This document shows positions 1-8,618 of a stretch of DNA of 31,640 nt, piece after piece; position 1 is the first letter of the stretch, and every line of letters starts with the position of its first letter. This DNA comes from Verrucomicrobiota bacterium (lineage in GTDB: Bacteria > Verrucomicrobiota > Verrucomicrobiia > Limisphaerales > CANJXF01): positions 1 through 31,640 of the forward strand of contig JBBQRQ010000058.1 of the NCBI GenBank assembly GCA_038214755.1, read 5' to 3'. The position numbers and the translations under genes are program-made. The notes beneath the pieces were generated by a model. It saw nothing but the letters and a program-made list of their open reading frames with translations, searched no databases and was not told the origin of the DNA.

Positions 1-2
1 CG

Positions 3-392
3 CAAGCGGTGTATCGGCGCGTGGAATATTACCGCAAGGAACTGGCGATCTCGAACACGACGACGTCGCTCTGGCCGAGCGTGACGAACAAGGCGGTGCA
101 AAGCACCACGACCAACACGGTGATTGGCGCTGTGTTTGTGCCCAAAACGCCGGAAGTGTTGACGCATGACGCGGACGGGAACCTGACCAATGACGGGCGC
201 TGGACGCTGGCGTGGGACGCGGAGAACCGGTTGATCAACCTGACGGGCCGCACCAACATCCCGACTGCCGCGAAGTTGAAGCTGGATTTGACGTATGATT
301 ACATGGGGCGACGGTTGCAGAAGATTGTCTCGACGAACAACGGCACGGCGTATTTCGCACAAAGCACGAACCGTCAAGACGGCAACCAATAG
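3..392 (+). pseudogene. Rhs/YD-repeat protein fragment, runs in from the left edge and stops before the Rhs core
   Basis: Rhs-type motifs THDADGNLTNDGRW, WDAENRL and YDYMGRRLQK. It ends at STNRQDGNQ* where a further YD repeat and the core would be expected. Confidence 0.7.
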
Positions 393-616
393 CGAGGCAT
401 AATCCCCCTATTTGAAAGTCAATACCGAAGCAGCTTCACGTTACTCGCCTGCCCTGTCTCAATGGAGAGGAGTTTTCACTTATCATTCCGAACGCCTCAA
501 GACACGGGCCACCCACATCCAGTCCTGTCCAGGTCAACCCCGGGAAACTTCTTTTTGGATTTTTCGCCAGAAATTTCCCGGCCAACCGAGTTAGAGGCGC
601 GACTGCGCTGATAGCA

Positions 617-719
617 TAAGCGGGATGCCATTCAGTGAAAAGAAACGCTCGACCTCACCCCGGCCCTCTCCTCCGAGGAGAGGGAGAAAGTTATCCAGCG
701 CTGGAAAATGTTAACCGTT
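617..719. repeat. Inverted copy of 4083..4183 containing one CCTCACCCCGGCCCTCTCC...GGAGAGGG REP arm
   Basis: About 90% identical to the reverse complement of 4083..4183, with a ~50-bp identical core. Confidence 0.9.
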
Positions 720-1307
720 TCGTTACTAATCATCCAGTTCATGCAACAGATCGTTGATGCGATGACTGGTAACGCAAGCTACCCAACCCCAGCGCCGACA
801 CTATCGTCAGTGACGAATAAGATGATTGCATTAGGCAGCGCTTATACGGATGGGCAGGCAGCGCGGTTGGAGTCGCTCCAGAAAACACAAACCCTCGTTG
901 ACGTGGATACAGAGGCGGATGATCTGCTTGGATTGTTGGCCGCTTATGTCGATAACGCCAGTGGTGGTGATGCGACGGTGATTCAAAGCGCCGGGATGCA
1001 GGTGCGTAGTGAACCAGCGCCGGTCGGGCCTCTGCCCGCGCCAGAGAACCTTCGTCCTGTCGAAGGCGAGATGCCGGGCGAAGTTGCCTTGCAATGGAAC
1101 CCCGTGTCGAATGCGAAGAGCTATTCGTTGCAACAGACCCAGGACATAACCGTGCCTGCGTCATGGGTGCATGTGTTGAACTGCACAAAAGGAAAACTGT
1201 CCGTGAGCGGATTGACCGTCGGGCAACGCTACTGGTTTCGCGTCGCAGCAGTCGGTTCGGCAGGACAAGGTCCCTTTGGCGAGCCAGCCTCGCGCATGGT
1301 GACTTGA
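708..1307 (+). CDS. Fibronectin type III domain protein (helical N-terminus plus C-terminal FN3), 5' end possibly replaced by the repeat
   Basis: FN3 pattern PAPENL...VALQWNPV...Y...VSGLTVGQRYWFRVAAVGSAGQGPF. The ATG at 708 lies inside the repeat. Confidence 0.8.
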   Translation: MLTVSLLIIQFMQQIVDAMTGNASYPTPAPTLSSVTNKMIALGSAYTDGQAARLESLQKTQTLVDVDTEADDLLGLLAAYVDNASGGDATVIQSAGMQVRSEPAPVGPLPAPENLRPVEGEMPGEVALQWNPVSNAKSYSLQQTQDITVPASWVHVLNCTKGKLSVSGLTVGQRYWFRVAAVGSAGQGPFGEPASRMVT

Positions 1308-1328
1308 TAGTTCTTGTAGGTTTGAAAG

Positions 1329-1361
1329 AAAGGAGAGGCAAGCAGCCTCTCCTTTTTGTTT
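1329..1361 (+). terminator. Rho-independent terminator
   Basis: AAAGGAGAGGC-aagca-GCCTCTCCTTT followed by a T tract, about 20 nt after the FN3 stop. Confidence 0.8.
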
Positions 1362-1372
1362 GATTTAAAAAG

Positions 1373-1426
1373 CGATTCACCATTTAACGATTCACGATTC
1401 ACGCTTTAACGCTTTAACGCTTCACG
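1373..1426. repeat. Degenerate 7/8-mer tandem repeat (CGATTCA / CGCTTTAA)
   Basis: cgattcac catttaa cgattca cgattca cgctttaa cgctttaa cgcttca cg. Confidence 0.75.
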
Positions 1427-1491
1427 AAACACCACTTCCAGAGGCAAAGGATGGACAAAGCCCAGCCATTTGCCATACAACAGCCCGCACA

Positions 1492-2262
1492 ATGATTTCT
1501 CTTCAGCAACTCACCAAGCGTTTTGGGACGCAGCTAGCGGTGGACTCGCTCTCGTTCGAAATTCCCGCCGGGCAGATCGTCGGGTTTCTCGGTCCTAATG
1601 GCGCGGGAAAATCAACCACATTGAAGATGCTCACAGGAATGGTCGCACCCTCCAGCGGTTCTGCGAGGGTCTGTGGGTTTGATTTACTGCGCGAGCCGAT
1701 TGAAGTGAAGCGTCATGTTGGATTCGTGCCAGAGTCCGGCGCGGTCTTTGAATCTCTTACCGGTTTGGAATATCTCGAAATGGTCGCCGCCTTGTATGCT
1801 ATTCCGCAAGACGCCGCCCTTCTCCGGATTCAGCAGTTCATCGCTTTCTTCGACCTCAGCTTTGCCACACTCACCGACAAGCTGCTGGGGGCTTACTCGA
1901 AAGGCATGCGGCGCAAGGTAGTTATTACCGCCGCGTTGCTGCACAATCCGCCCGTGGTTTTTTTTGATGAACCACTCGATGGTCTGGATGCAAATGCTGC
2001 GGTTGGATTCAAGGCGCTCATCCAAACTCTGGCGCGCGAAGGGAAAACAATTGTCTATAGCTCGCACATTCTCGATGTGGTAGAGCGAGTGTGCGACCGA
2101 GTGATTATCATCGACAAAGGTAAACTGCTTCTGGATGGCAAGCCGGATGAGTTGGTTGCTTCCTCTGGCGCAGGCACGTTGGAAAGGTTGTTTACCAATT
2201 TGACGGGTGGCTCCGAACTGGAACGACGCGCGGAAGATTTCGCAAAAACCTTTCGACCATGA
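1492..2262 (+). CDS. ABC transporter ATP-binding protein (ABC-2/DrrA type)
   Basis: Walker A GPNGAGKST, signature YSKGMRRK, Walker B FFDEP, H-loop SSH. Confidence 0.95.
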   Translation: MISLQQLTKRFGTQLAVDSLSFEIPAGQIVGFLGPNGAGKSTTLKMLTGMVAPSSGSARVCGFDLLREPIEVKRHVGFVPESGAVFESLTGLEYLEMVAALYAIPQDAALLRIQQFIAFFDLSFATLTDKLLGAYSKGMRRKVVITAALLHNPPVVFFDEPLDGLDANAAVGFKALIQTLAREGKTIVYSSHILDVVERVCDRVIIIDKGKLLLDGKPDELVASSGAGTLERLFTNLTGGSELERRAEDFAKTFRP

Positions 2263-3905
2263 ACGCATTGGCCGCCGTAAAACCACCCATACTGAATCCC
2301 GCGCTGTCGCCGGGGCGAACCTTGCGCAAACTTTTTCTGACTCTCTTTTTGCGTGGGCGCACCTCGCGCGGCCTGCGCAAAGCGACTACGCCGAAGTCCG
2401 TGGGATCGAAGCTCGCCCTGACACTTGGATTGTATGCGCTGATCGGATTGGTTGCAGTCACTTTGCAGCGGCAACCGATCTTCACGCTGTCATTTTCGCT
2501 TCATGGGATGACCTTTGTTCTTCTAGGAATGTTTGTGGCATCCTCAGCGGGCGAGGTGCTTTTCAATAAGGAGGAAGGAGAGATACTTTCGCATCGGCCT
2601 ATAACATCGAGGACGTTGTTATGGGCCAAGGTCGCAGTGCTGATAGAAGTTTCTCTTTGGCTGGCGGGCGCGTTCAACCTGGTCGGATTCTTTGTAGGGA
2701 CAGCAAGCCCGCAAGGTAGCTGGCTGTTTCCTGTCGCGCATCTGGTCTCGACCACGTTGGAAGCATTATTTTGCACAGCGTGTGTCGTGATGACTTATCA
2801 ACTTTGTCTGCGCTGGTTCGGTCGCGAACGGCTTGACGGACTAATGACTACGGTCCAGGTCTTTGTGGCCATAGTCGCTGTTCTCGGTGGACAAATTGTG
2901 CCGCAAGTCATAGGTCGCTTTGGTGGGAAGATAACCTTCAACCTGCATTCCTGGTGGATAGCCTTGTTACCTCCCGCCTGGTTCGCCGGTTTCGACGATG
3001 CGCTGGCGGGACGCGGGACAAGCGGTTCATGGGCTTTGGCAATTTTTGGGCTGGTTGTCACGACCTTCGTGCTATGGCTGGCCTTTGGTAAACTAGCGAG
3101 TGATTATGAAACCGGCCTGCAAACTCTCAGTGAAGCTGTCGCGCCGCGAGAGCGTCAGTCGCCGAGTCGCCGCTGGCTGGCTCGCATTGTCTCTTCGCCA
3201 CCTTTTCGTTGGTGGCTCCGGGACTCCGTCGAGCGAGCTTCGTTTCTACTTACCGTTGCCTACCTCTTTCGTGATCGTGAAACCAAGCTGCGGGTCTATC
3301 CGGGTCTTGCTCCCATGCTCGTGATGCCGTTTGGTTTTCTCCTGCAAGATCGCGACGCTGCTGGTAGTAGTTGGAGTGGGTTCGATGTCGCCTTTTCTGG
3401 CGCTTACCTCGGACTTATACCATTACTTGCCCTCGGCATGTTGCCATACTCGCAGCAATGGCAGGCGGCAGATCTGTTTCGCGCGGCACCGATGCCAGGA
3501 CCCTCGCCGGTATGGGACGGCACGCGCAAAGCGGTGTTACTATTCCTGACATTTCCTTCGTGGATCTTGTTTGTAGCAATTGTCTTGTTGCGAAGAGACG
3601 CTTCACATCTCATGTTGCTGCTTCCGGGGATAATAGCGCTCCCTATCTACGCAATGGTTCCATGCCTCGGTGGAAAGGCTGTGCCTTTCTCCATGCCTTC
3701 GGAGGGAAGTAAGTCCGCCGGTGGTGGGTTCTTGAGAATGATTGGAGTCATGCTGATCTCGATGGCTTTATCGGCATTGGCTATGTGGTCGTGGAATAAA
3801 GGATGGTTTTCGTGGCTAATACTCGGTGAAATAATCGTTGTTATCATCTGCTATGCGGCGATGCGCGCCTCGCTCGCAAGGGTTCGATGGTCGTCTTTGG
3901 AATAG
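2259..3905 (+). CDS. Putative ABC exporter permease (polytopic membrane protein)
   Basis: Many hydrophobic segments in two halves; ATGA overlap with the ATPase gene. Confidence 0.8.
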   Translation: MNALAAVKPPILNPALSPGRTLRKLFLTLFLRGRTSRGLRKATTPKSVGSKLALTLGLYALIGLVAVTLQRQPIFTLSFSLHGMTFVLLGMFVASSAGEVLFNKEEGEILSHRPITSRTLLWAKVAVLIEVSLWLAGAFNLVGFFVGTASPQGSWLFPVAHLVSTTLEALFCTACVVMTYQLCLRWFGRERLDGLMTTVQVFVAIVAVLGGQIVPQVIGRFGGKITFNLHSWWIALLPPAWFAGFDDALAGRGTSGSWALAIFGLVVTTFVLWLAFGKLASDYETGLQTLSEAVAPRERQSPSRRWLARIVSSPPFRWWLRDSVERASFLLTVAYLFRDRETKLRVYPGLAPMLVMPFGFLLQDRDAAGSSWSGFDVAFSGAYLGLIPLLALGMLPYSQQWQAADLFRAAPMPGPSPVWDGTRKAVLLFLTFPSWILFVAIVLLRRDASHLMLLLPGIIALPIYAMVPCLGGKAVPFSMPSEGSKSAGGGFLRMIGVMLISMALSALAMWSWNKGWFSWLILGEIIVVIICYAAMRASLARVRWSSLE

Positions 3906-4013
3906 GTCGGCCCCTCTGCCCTGCACGAAGGATGAATCGTCCTTTAAATTTAAGATGCGTGCTTTGTTACCCGCATTCTTGAACTTCGCCGTCACTATTC
4001 CGTAGAGGAAGTT

Positions 4014-4155
4014 GCTCGCCCTCACCCTAACCCTCTCCCCCGAGGAGAGGGAATTGGAATCATCACGCTCGATCAGTCATTCAACGGTGAATATTTTCCA
4101 GCGCTGAATAAATTTCTCCCTCTCCTCGGAGGAGAGGGCCGGGGTGAGGTCGAGC
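4014..4155. repeat. REP doublet of the CCCTCACCC..CCCTCTCC...GGAGAGGG family
   Basis: Arms 4014..4052 and 4117..4155 are imperfect inverted copies, each with an internal hairpin. Confidence 0.85.
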
Positions 4156-4198
4156 GTTTCTTTCACTGAATGATTCCCGCTTAACCACTAGAAAACGG

Positions 4199-4510
4199 TT
4201 AGGCGGCTCCATCCCGCGCAGATGGCATGCACATGGCAAAAATAATGTAAGCCAAGAGGCCAATCCCTCCGCAAAACAACAAGAGAAGAAATATCACACG
4301 CCAAATCCAAGCGGGAATTGGAGTGTGCTCACCCAGTCCGGCGCAAACGCCCGCCAGCTTTGATTCGACGTTTGATGTCCTGATGCTCTTGAGTGTGCCT
4401 CCGATCCCTTGGGGACTAACTGTTCTGGTGGTGCTGGAAGCTATTATCGCCAGAAAAATCAATACGAGTAGAACGGCAATAATCAAGAGTGAGATTTCTA
4501 TGATGGACAT
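4199..4510 (-). CDS. PspC domain protein with an extra N-terminal TM helix
   Basis: PspC motif SKLAGVCAGLGEH...WRVIFLLL...GLLAYIIFAMCMP. Confidence 0.8.
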   Translation of the reverse strand: MSIIEISLLIIAVLLVLIFLAIIASSTTRTVSPQGIGGTLKSIRTSNVESKLAGVCAGLGEHTPIPAWIWRVIFLLLLFCGGIGLLAYIIFAMCMPSARDGAA

Positions 4511-4681
4511 AAATTGTAGTCGCCTAACAAAGTATTGAGCTAACGTGGTTGCAGACTAATTGGGTACATGTTTTGGATGTTAAATCTCGTCTCGGCCTTG
4601 TCCAGCGCAGAACTTCTTTACCCGCTCCCGATTTAATTATATTTTCGCAAAGGCTTGAGATCTGGTTAGCCTGCACAACAT

Positions 4682-5316
4682 CAGCCCAGAGGGCTACCGG
4701 AAATTAGCCGGGGATAACATCCCCGGTGACGTGTCAGAATAATATTGCGCCCTGAAAGGGCGCGGGAAAGATACTTCCATGTCCTCGACCCACCTCAGCC
4801 TTCATGCGCACGTTGTGTTCGGCGCCAAACATCAGCGTCCCTTGATCTACGCCGAATGGCGTTCGCGCCTCCATGCGTTCATGGGCGGCGCGATTCGCAC
4901 GTTGGATGTGGTTCCCGAATCCGTCGGCGGTGTGGCGGATCACGTTCATCTTTTAATTGGATTTCGCGCAACGCATCGGCTCGCGGATGTGATGCGGGAC
5001 GTAAAACGCACATCATCAATCTGGGTGCATGAAACAATTGGCGACAAAGACTTCCAATGGCAGGACGGATACGGCGCGTTTTCGGTCAGTGTGTCACTGA
5101 TTGAACAAGTAAAATCCTATATCGCCAATCAAGAAACCCATCATCGCAAGAAAACGTTTCAAGAGGAGTATTTGGAATTATTGAAATTGAGCGACGTTAA
5201 ATTTGATTCGAAGTATTTGTGGTAATTTCCACCGCCCCTGCCGGGGCGGAATATTTTTGGGGTGGCCTGACCGGGGATGTTATCCCCCGGCTAATTTCCA
5301 GCAGTCTTCCAGACTG
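4682..5316 (+). mobile_element. IS200/RAYT-like element: Y1 transposase flanked by mirror-image triple-hairpin arrays
   Basis: GGAAATTAGCCGGGGATAACATCCCCGGT (4699..4727) is inverted at 5270..5299 with one indel. Extra hairpins CAGCCC-aga-GGGCT and GCGCCC-tgaaa-GGGCGC on the left; CCGCCCC-tgcc-GGGGCGG and CAGTCT-tcc-AGACTG on the right. Confidence 0.85.
4779..5225 (+). CDS. tnpA: IS200/IS605-family (Y1, HUH) transposase, REP-associated-like
   Basis: HVVFGAK, HUH motif DHVHLL, WQDGYGAFSVS, catalytic Tyr in YIANQETHH; 148 aa. Confidence 0.9.
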   Translation: MSSTHLSLHAHVVFGAKHQRPLIYAEWRSRLHAFMGGAIRTLDVVPESVGGVADHVHLLIGFRATHRLADVMRDVKRTSSIWVHETIGDKDFQWQDGYGAFSVSVSLIEQVKSYIANQETHHRKKTFQEEYLELLKLSDVKFDSKYLW

Positions 5317-5332
5317 CCCCGCCGCCGTTCCA

Positions 5333-6895
5333 CTACGGTGCCTTGTCTTTTCGAGGAAACAATGCCGACGGCTCACCGATTTCGTGACCGGGTTGCAACT
5401 TGCCCCAAGTCGCTTCCGAAAATCTGTCCGGCGATTCTTTCAAGCCGAGTTGCGCATAAATTTTCGCGGACGTTTCGGGGATAAATGGGCAAAGCAACAC
5501 GGCGAGCACTCGACACGTTTCGCATAAGTTGTAGAGAACTTCATCCAGACGCGCAGCTTGCGCCGGGTCTTTGGCGATTTTGAATGGCGCGGTTTGATCG
5601 ACGTATTGGTTCGCGCGAAAAACAAGACTCCAAATATTTTGCAGCGCGGCTTGCAATTCGTTGTCGCGCAGATTCGCAATGGTTTCCTGTGCGGCTTGGT
5701 TGGCCTCGGGCGCGAGTTCATCCGAGCGTGTGGGAATTTTTCCAGCGCGATAACGTTTCAACATGGAGAGCGAACGGTTGACAAGATTGCCGAGACCATT
5801 GGCAAGTTCGGATTGATAACGGGACTGAAAACCCGCATCCGTCCAATTGCCGTCGGGACCAATCGCCAGTTCACGCACGACGTAAAAGCGAAACGCATCG
5901 AGTCCCCATTCCTGAATCACCGCGACGGGATCGACGCTGACGCCGGTGGTCTTGCTCATTTTTTCTCCGTTCTTGAGCCACCAGCCGTGCACGAGAATTT
6001 GCTTGGGCAACGCCAGTCCCATCGCTTTGAGCATGATCGGCCAATAGACGGCGTGAAATTTTGAAATGTCTTTTCCGATGAGATGAACGTCGGCAGGCCA
6101 GAGGTGGATTTGCGATTGAGGATTTACGATTGACGATCTCAGCGCGTTGCAAATTTCCCGATCGCCATGCGCGGCGGGGATGCTGATGTAATTGACGAGC
6201 GCGTCGAACCAGACATAGGTCACGTAGTTTTCGTCGAACGGAATGGGGATGCCCCAGTTCAGTCGCGACGCGGGTCGGCTGATGCAAAGGTCTTCCAGCG
6301 TGTTATTTTTCAGAAAGCCGAGGATTTCATTTCGCCGGGAATTCGGCTGAATAAATTCCGGCGTCGCTTCGATGTAGTCGATGAGCCATTGCTGTTGATC
6401 GCGCAGTTTGAAATAATAATTTTCCTCTTCGAGTTCGACGACTTTGCCCCAACTCGCGTCGAAACTTCCATCGGGCAACCGGTCTTTCTCGGTCAAAAAA
6501 GTTTCTGCGCCCAGAGAATAAAAGCCTTTGTAAATCGCTTTATAAAAAAATCCCGCGTCATTTAGTTTCGTGAGAATGGCTTGCACGACTTCCTGGTGGC
6601 GCGGTTCGGTGGTGCGAACAAAATCGTCGTTGGTCAAACCCAGTGTGCGCGCAAAACTTTTCCAACTCGCCGCCAATTCATCGCAATAAGCCTGCGGAGT
6701 TTTTCCTTCGGCCACGGCGGCTTGCTGAACTTTTTGTCCGTGTTCATCGAGACCGGTCAGAAAAAAAACTTCTTCGCCCAGACTGCGATGCGTTCGCGCG
6801 ATGACGTCGGCAATAATTTGTTCGTAGGCATGGCCGAGGTGCGGCTGGCCGTTGACGTAAAAGATCGCGGTCGTGATGTAGAAACGCTTGCTCAT
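5333..6895 (-). CDS. metG: Methionyl-tRNA synthetase (short form, no C-terminal tRNA-binding domain)
   Basis: FYITTAIFYVNGQPHLGH (HIGH), GLDEHGQK, YVWFDAL, KMSKT. Start taken at MSKRFY (6895). Confidence 0.95.
   Translation of the reverse strand: MSKRFYITTAIFYVNGQPHLGHAYEQIIADVIARTHRSLGEEVFFLTGLDEHGQKVQQAAVAEGKTPQAYCDELAASWKSFARTLGLTNDDFVRTTEPRHQEVVQAILTKLNDAGFFYKAIYKGFYSLGAETFLTEKDRLPDGSFDASWGKVVELEEENYYFKLRDQQQWLIDYIEATPEFIQPNSRRNEILGFLKNNTLEDLCISRPASRLNWGIPIPFDENYVTYVWFDALVNYISIPAAHGDREICNALRSSIVNPQSQIHLWPADVHLIGKDISKFHAVYWPIMLKAMGLALPKQILVHGWWLKNGEKMSKTTGVSVDPVAVIQEWGLDAFRFYVVRELAIGPDGNWTDAGFQSRYQSELANGLGNLVNRSLSMLKRYRAGKIPTRSDELAPEANQAAQETIANLRDNELQAALQNIWSLVFRANQYVDQTAPFKIAKDPAQAARLDEVLYNLCETCRVLAVLLCPFIPETSAKIYAQLGLKESPDRFSEATWGKLQPGHEIGEPSALFPRKDKAP
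6107..6141. repeat. Five degenerate heptamers (GATTTGC GATTGAG GATTTAC GATTGAC GATCTCA) inside metG
   Basis: Period-7 GAT spacing; encodes RSSIVNPQSQI just before the conserved WPAD motif. Confidence 0.65.
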
Positions 6896-6938
6896 CGGCG
6901 GACTACTTTGGCGAAGCGATGTGGGCTTGGCAATAGTT

Positions 6939-7045
6939 TGAGAAGGTGTGTGAGTGGGAAAGTGGGAAAGTGAGAAGATGGGACAATAAAAAAGATCCGT
7001 TTCCCACCTACCCACTCACTCACTTTCTCACTTTCTCACTTTCCC
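6939..7045. repeat. Octamer-based inverted repeat (AGTGGGAA/AGTGAGAA tract vs TTCTCACT/TTCCCAC tract)
   Basis: Purine-rich period-8 tract followed by the complementary pyrimidine-rich tract, between divergent metG and mgtE. Confidence 0.8.
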
Positions 7046-7080
7046 TTTCGCTCTTACTGTTTGTCGCTCAGAAACAAAGC

Positions 7081-8391
7081 ATGGAAACTCAAGCGGCAAA
7101 ATCCATTGAAGAATATCTGCCACTTCATCCGGCGGATTTGGCTGACCGCCTCCAACGGTTGTCCGCTGAAGAAGCGCGCGAAATTTTAACTCAGTTGCCA
7201 CGCTCGCTGGCGGCGGCGGCGGTCTCTGAACTCGAGCCGGAGAAATCCGCTGAACTTCTTTCGCAACTTCCCTCCGAACAAGTCACCGATTTTCTCCAAA
7301 AACTTCCGTCCCACGAAGCGGCCGACATCGCCGGGGATTTGTCCGTCCAACAACGAACCGCCGCGATGGCCGATTTGTCGCCGGAACAATCCGCCAAGGT
7401 CAATGCGCTGTTGCGTTATCGCGAAGATACCGCTGGCGGAATCATGAGCGACCGCTTCATCTCATTGCGCGCCGATCAAACGGTCCAGCAATGTCGGGAC
7501 ATGCTTCAGTCGCGCGCGGAAGAAAAGAACGAGGACGTTTCGTATTTGTATGTGACGGACGCGAAAAAAAAACTGATCGGCATCGTCTCGTTGCGCGATT
7601 TGGTTTTTCGCAAACCGGAACGGCGCCTCGACGAAATTATGAATCGCAACGTGAAAACAATTCGCGTCGATGCCGACCAGGAAGAAATCGCCCGGCAATT
7701 TGAACATTATCATTATCTCGGTCTGCCCGTGGTCGATGGCCACGGGCGGCTCATCGGCATCGTGCGAGCGAATGATGTTCTCGGCATCGCGCAACACGAA
7801 GCGACCGAGGACATGCAATTGATGGTGGGTTTGTCGGGCGAGGAACGCGCCTTGACGCCGTGGAATAAATCCATTCGTACTCGGCTGCCGTGGCTTTACA
7901 TCAATCTTGCCACCGCATTTCTCGCCGCGGCCGTCGTGGGCTTTTTTGAAAACACCATTGCTCGATGGACCGTGCTCGCGATTTTTTTGCCGATTGTCGC
8001 AGGGCAGGGCGGAAATTCCGGCGCGCAAACTTTGACTGTTATCATTCGCGATCTTGCGCTCGGCGAAATTTCTCCCGGTGACGGACGCAAGGCTTTGATG
8101 AAAGAACTTTTGCTCGGCACCATCAACGGCCTGGCGATTGGACTCGTTGTCGGCTTGATCAGTTACGTCTGGAAAGGTCAGGCGATCCTGGGACTGGTTG
8201 TCGGGCTGGCGATGTTGCTCAACATGATTGCGGCGGCGCTCTCCGGCGTGCTCATTCCGTTCGGCTTGAAAGCGCTGAAGATTGATCCGGCGTTGGCCTC
8301 CAGCATTTTCGTGACGACCGTGACCGATGTGGCGGGATTTTTTTTCTTTCTGGGGTTAGCCACGCTCGCGATGAGGTGGTGGGGAATTTGA
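7081..8391 (+). CDS. mgtE: Magnesium transporter MgtE
   Basis: HPADLAD N-domain, TAGGIM, CBS pair, RLPWL, GQGGNSGAQT, IDPALAS, TTVTDVAG. Confidence 0.95.
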   Translation: METQAAKSIEEYLPLHPADLADRLQRLSAEEAREILTQLPRSLAAAAVSELEPEKSAELLSQLPSEQVTDFLQKLPSHEAADIAGDLSVQQRTAAMADLSPEQSAKVNALLRYREDTAGGIMSDRFISLRADQTVQQCRDMLQSRAEEKNEDVSYLYVTDAKKKLIGIVSLRDLVFRKPERRLDEIMNRNVKTIRVDADQEEIARQFEHYHYLGLPVVDGHGRLIGIVRANDVLGIAQHEATEDMQLMVGLSGEERALTPWNKSIRTRLPWLYINLATAFLAAAVVGFFENTIARWTVLAIFLPIVAGQGGNSGAQTLTVIIRDLALGEISPGDGRKALMKELLLGTINGLAIGLVVGLISYVWKGQAILGLVVGLAMLLNMIAAALSGVLIPFGLKALKIDPALASSIFVTTVTDVAGFFFFLGLATLAMRWWGI

Positions 8392-8392
8392 T

Positions 8393-8560
8393 CAAATCAG
8401 AAATCCGAAATCCGAAAGAAATCCGAAATCTGAAATCTGAAATCCGAAAAGCAACTTCCTGACAACACTCCACAAAATGCTCTTCCACCACAGTGCCAAT
8501 CACTTTCGGCCTTCGGGCTTCGGATTTCTTTCGGATTTCGGGCTTCGGATTTCGGATTTG
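8393..8560. repeat. Heptamer (AAATCCG)n / (CGGATTT)n inverted repeat
   Basis: Left arm ~8393..8449, right arm ~8504..8560; both share the same internal irregularity (GAAAGAAATCCG / CGGATTTCTTTC). Confidence 0.9.
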
Positions 8561-8618
8561 GTATCCCGAGCCGTTGAAAAGCGCTAGTCAAACGCAAAAA
8601 AATTTCTAGCATCCACCC

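Noticed and set aside
6896..7080. Long N-terminal extensions of metG (7015) and mgtE (6946) in the ORF track
   Set aside because: They overlap each other and translate the octamer repeat; family similarity starts at 6895 and 7081.
8393..8560. Heptamer tract as a CRISPR array or small ORF
   Set aside because: Contiguous 7-mers without unique spacers; the ORFs here are repeat translations (FRISDF).
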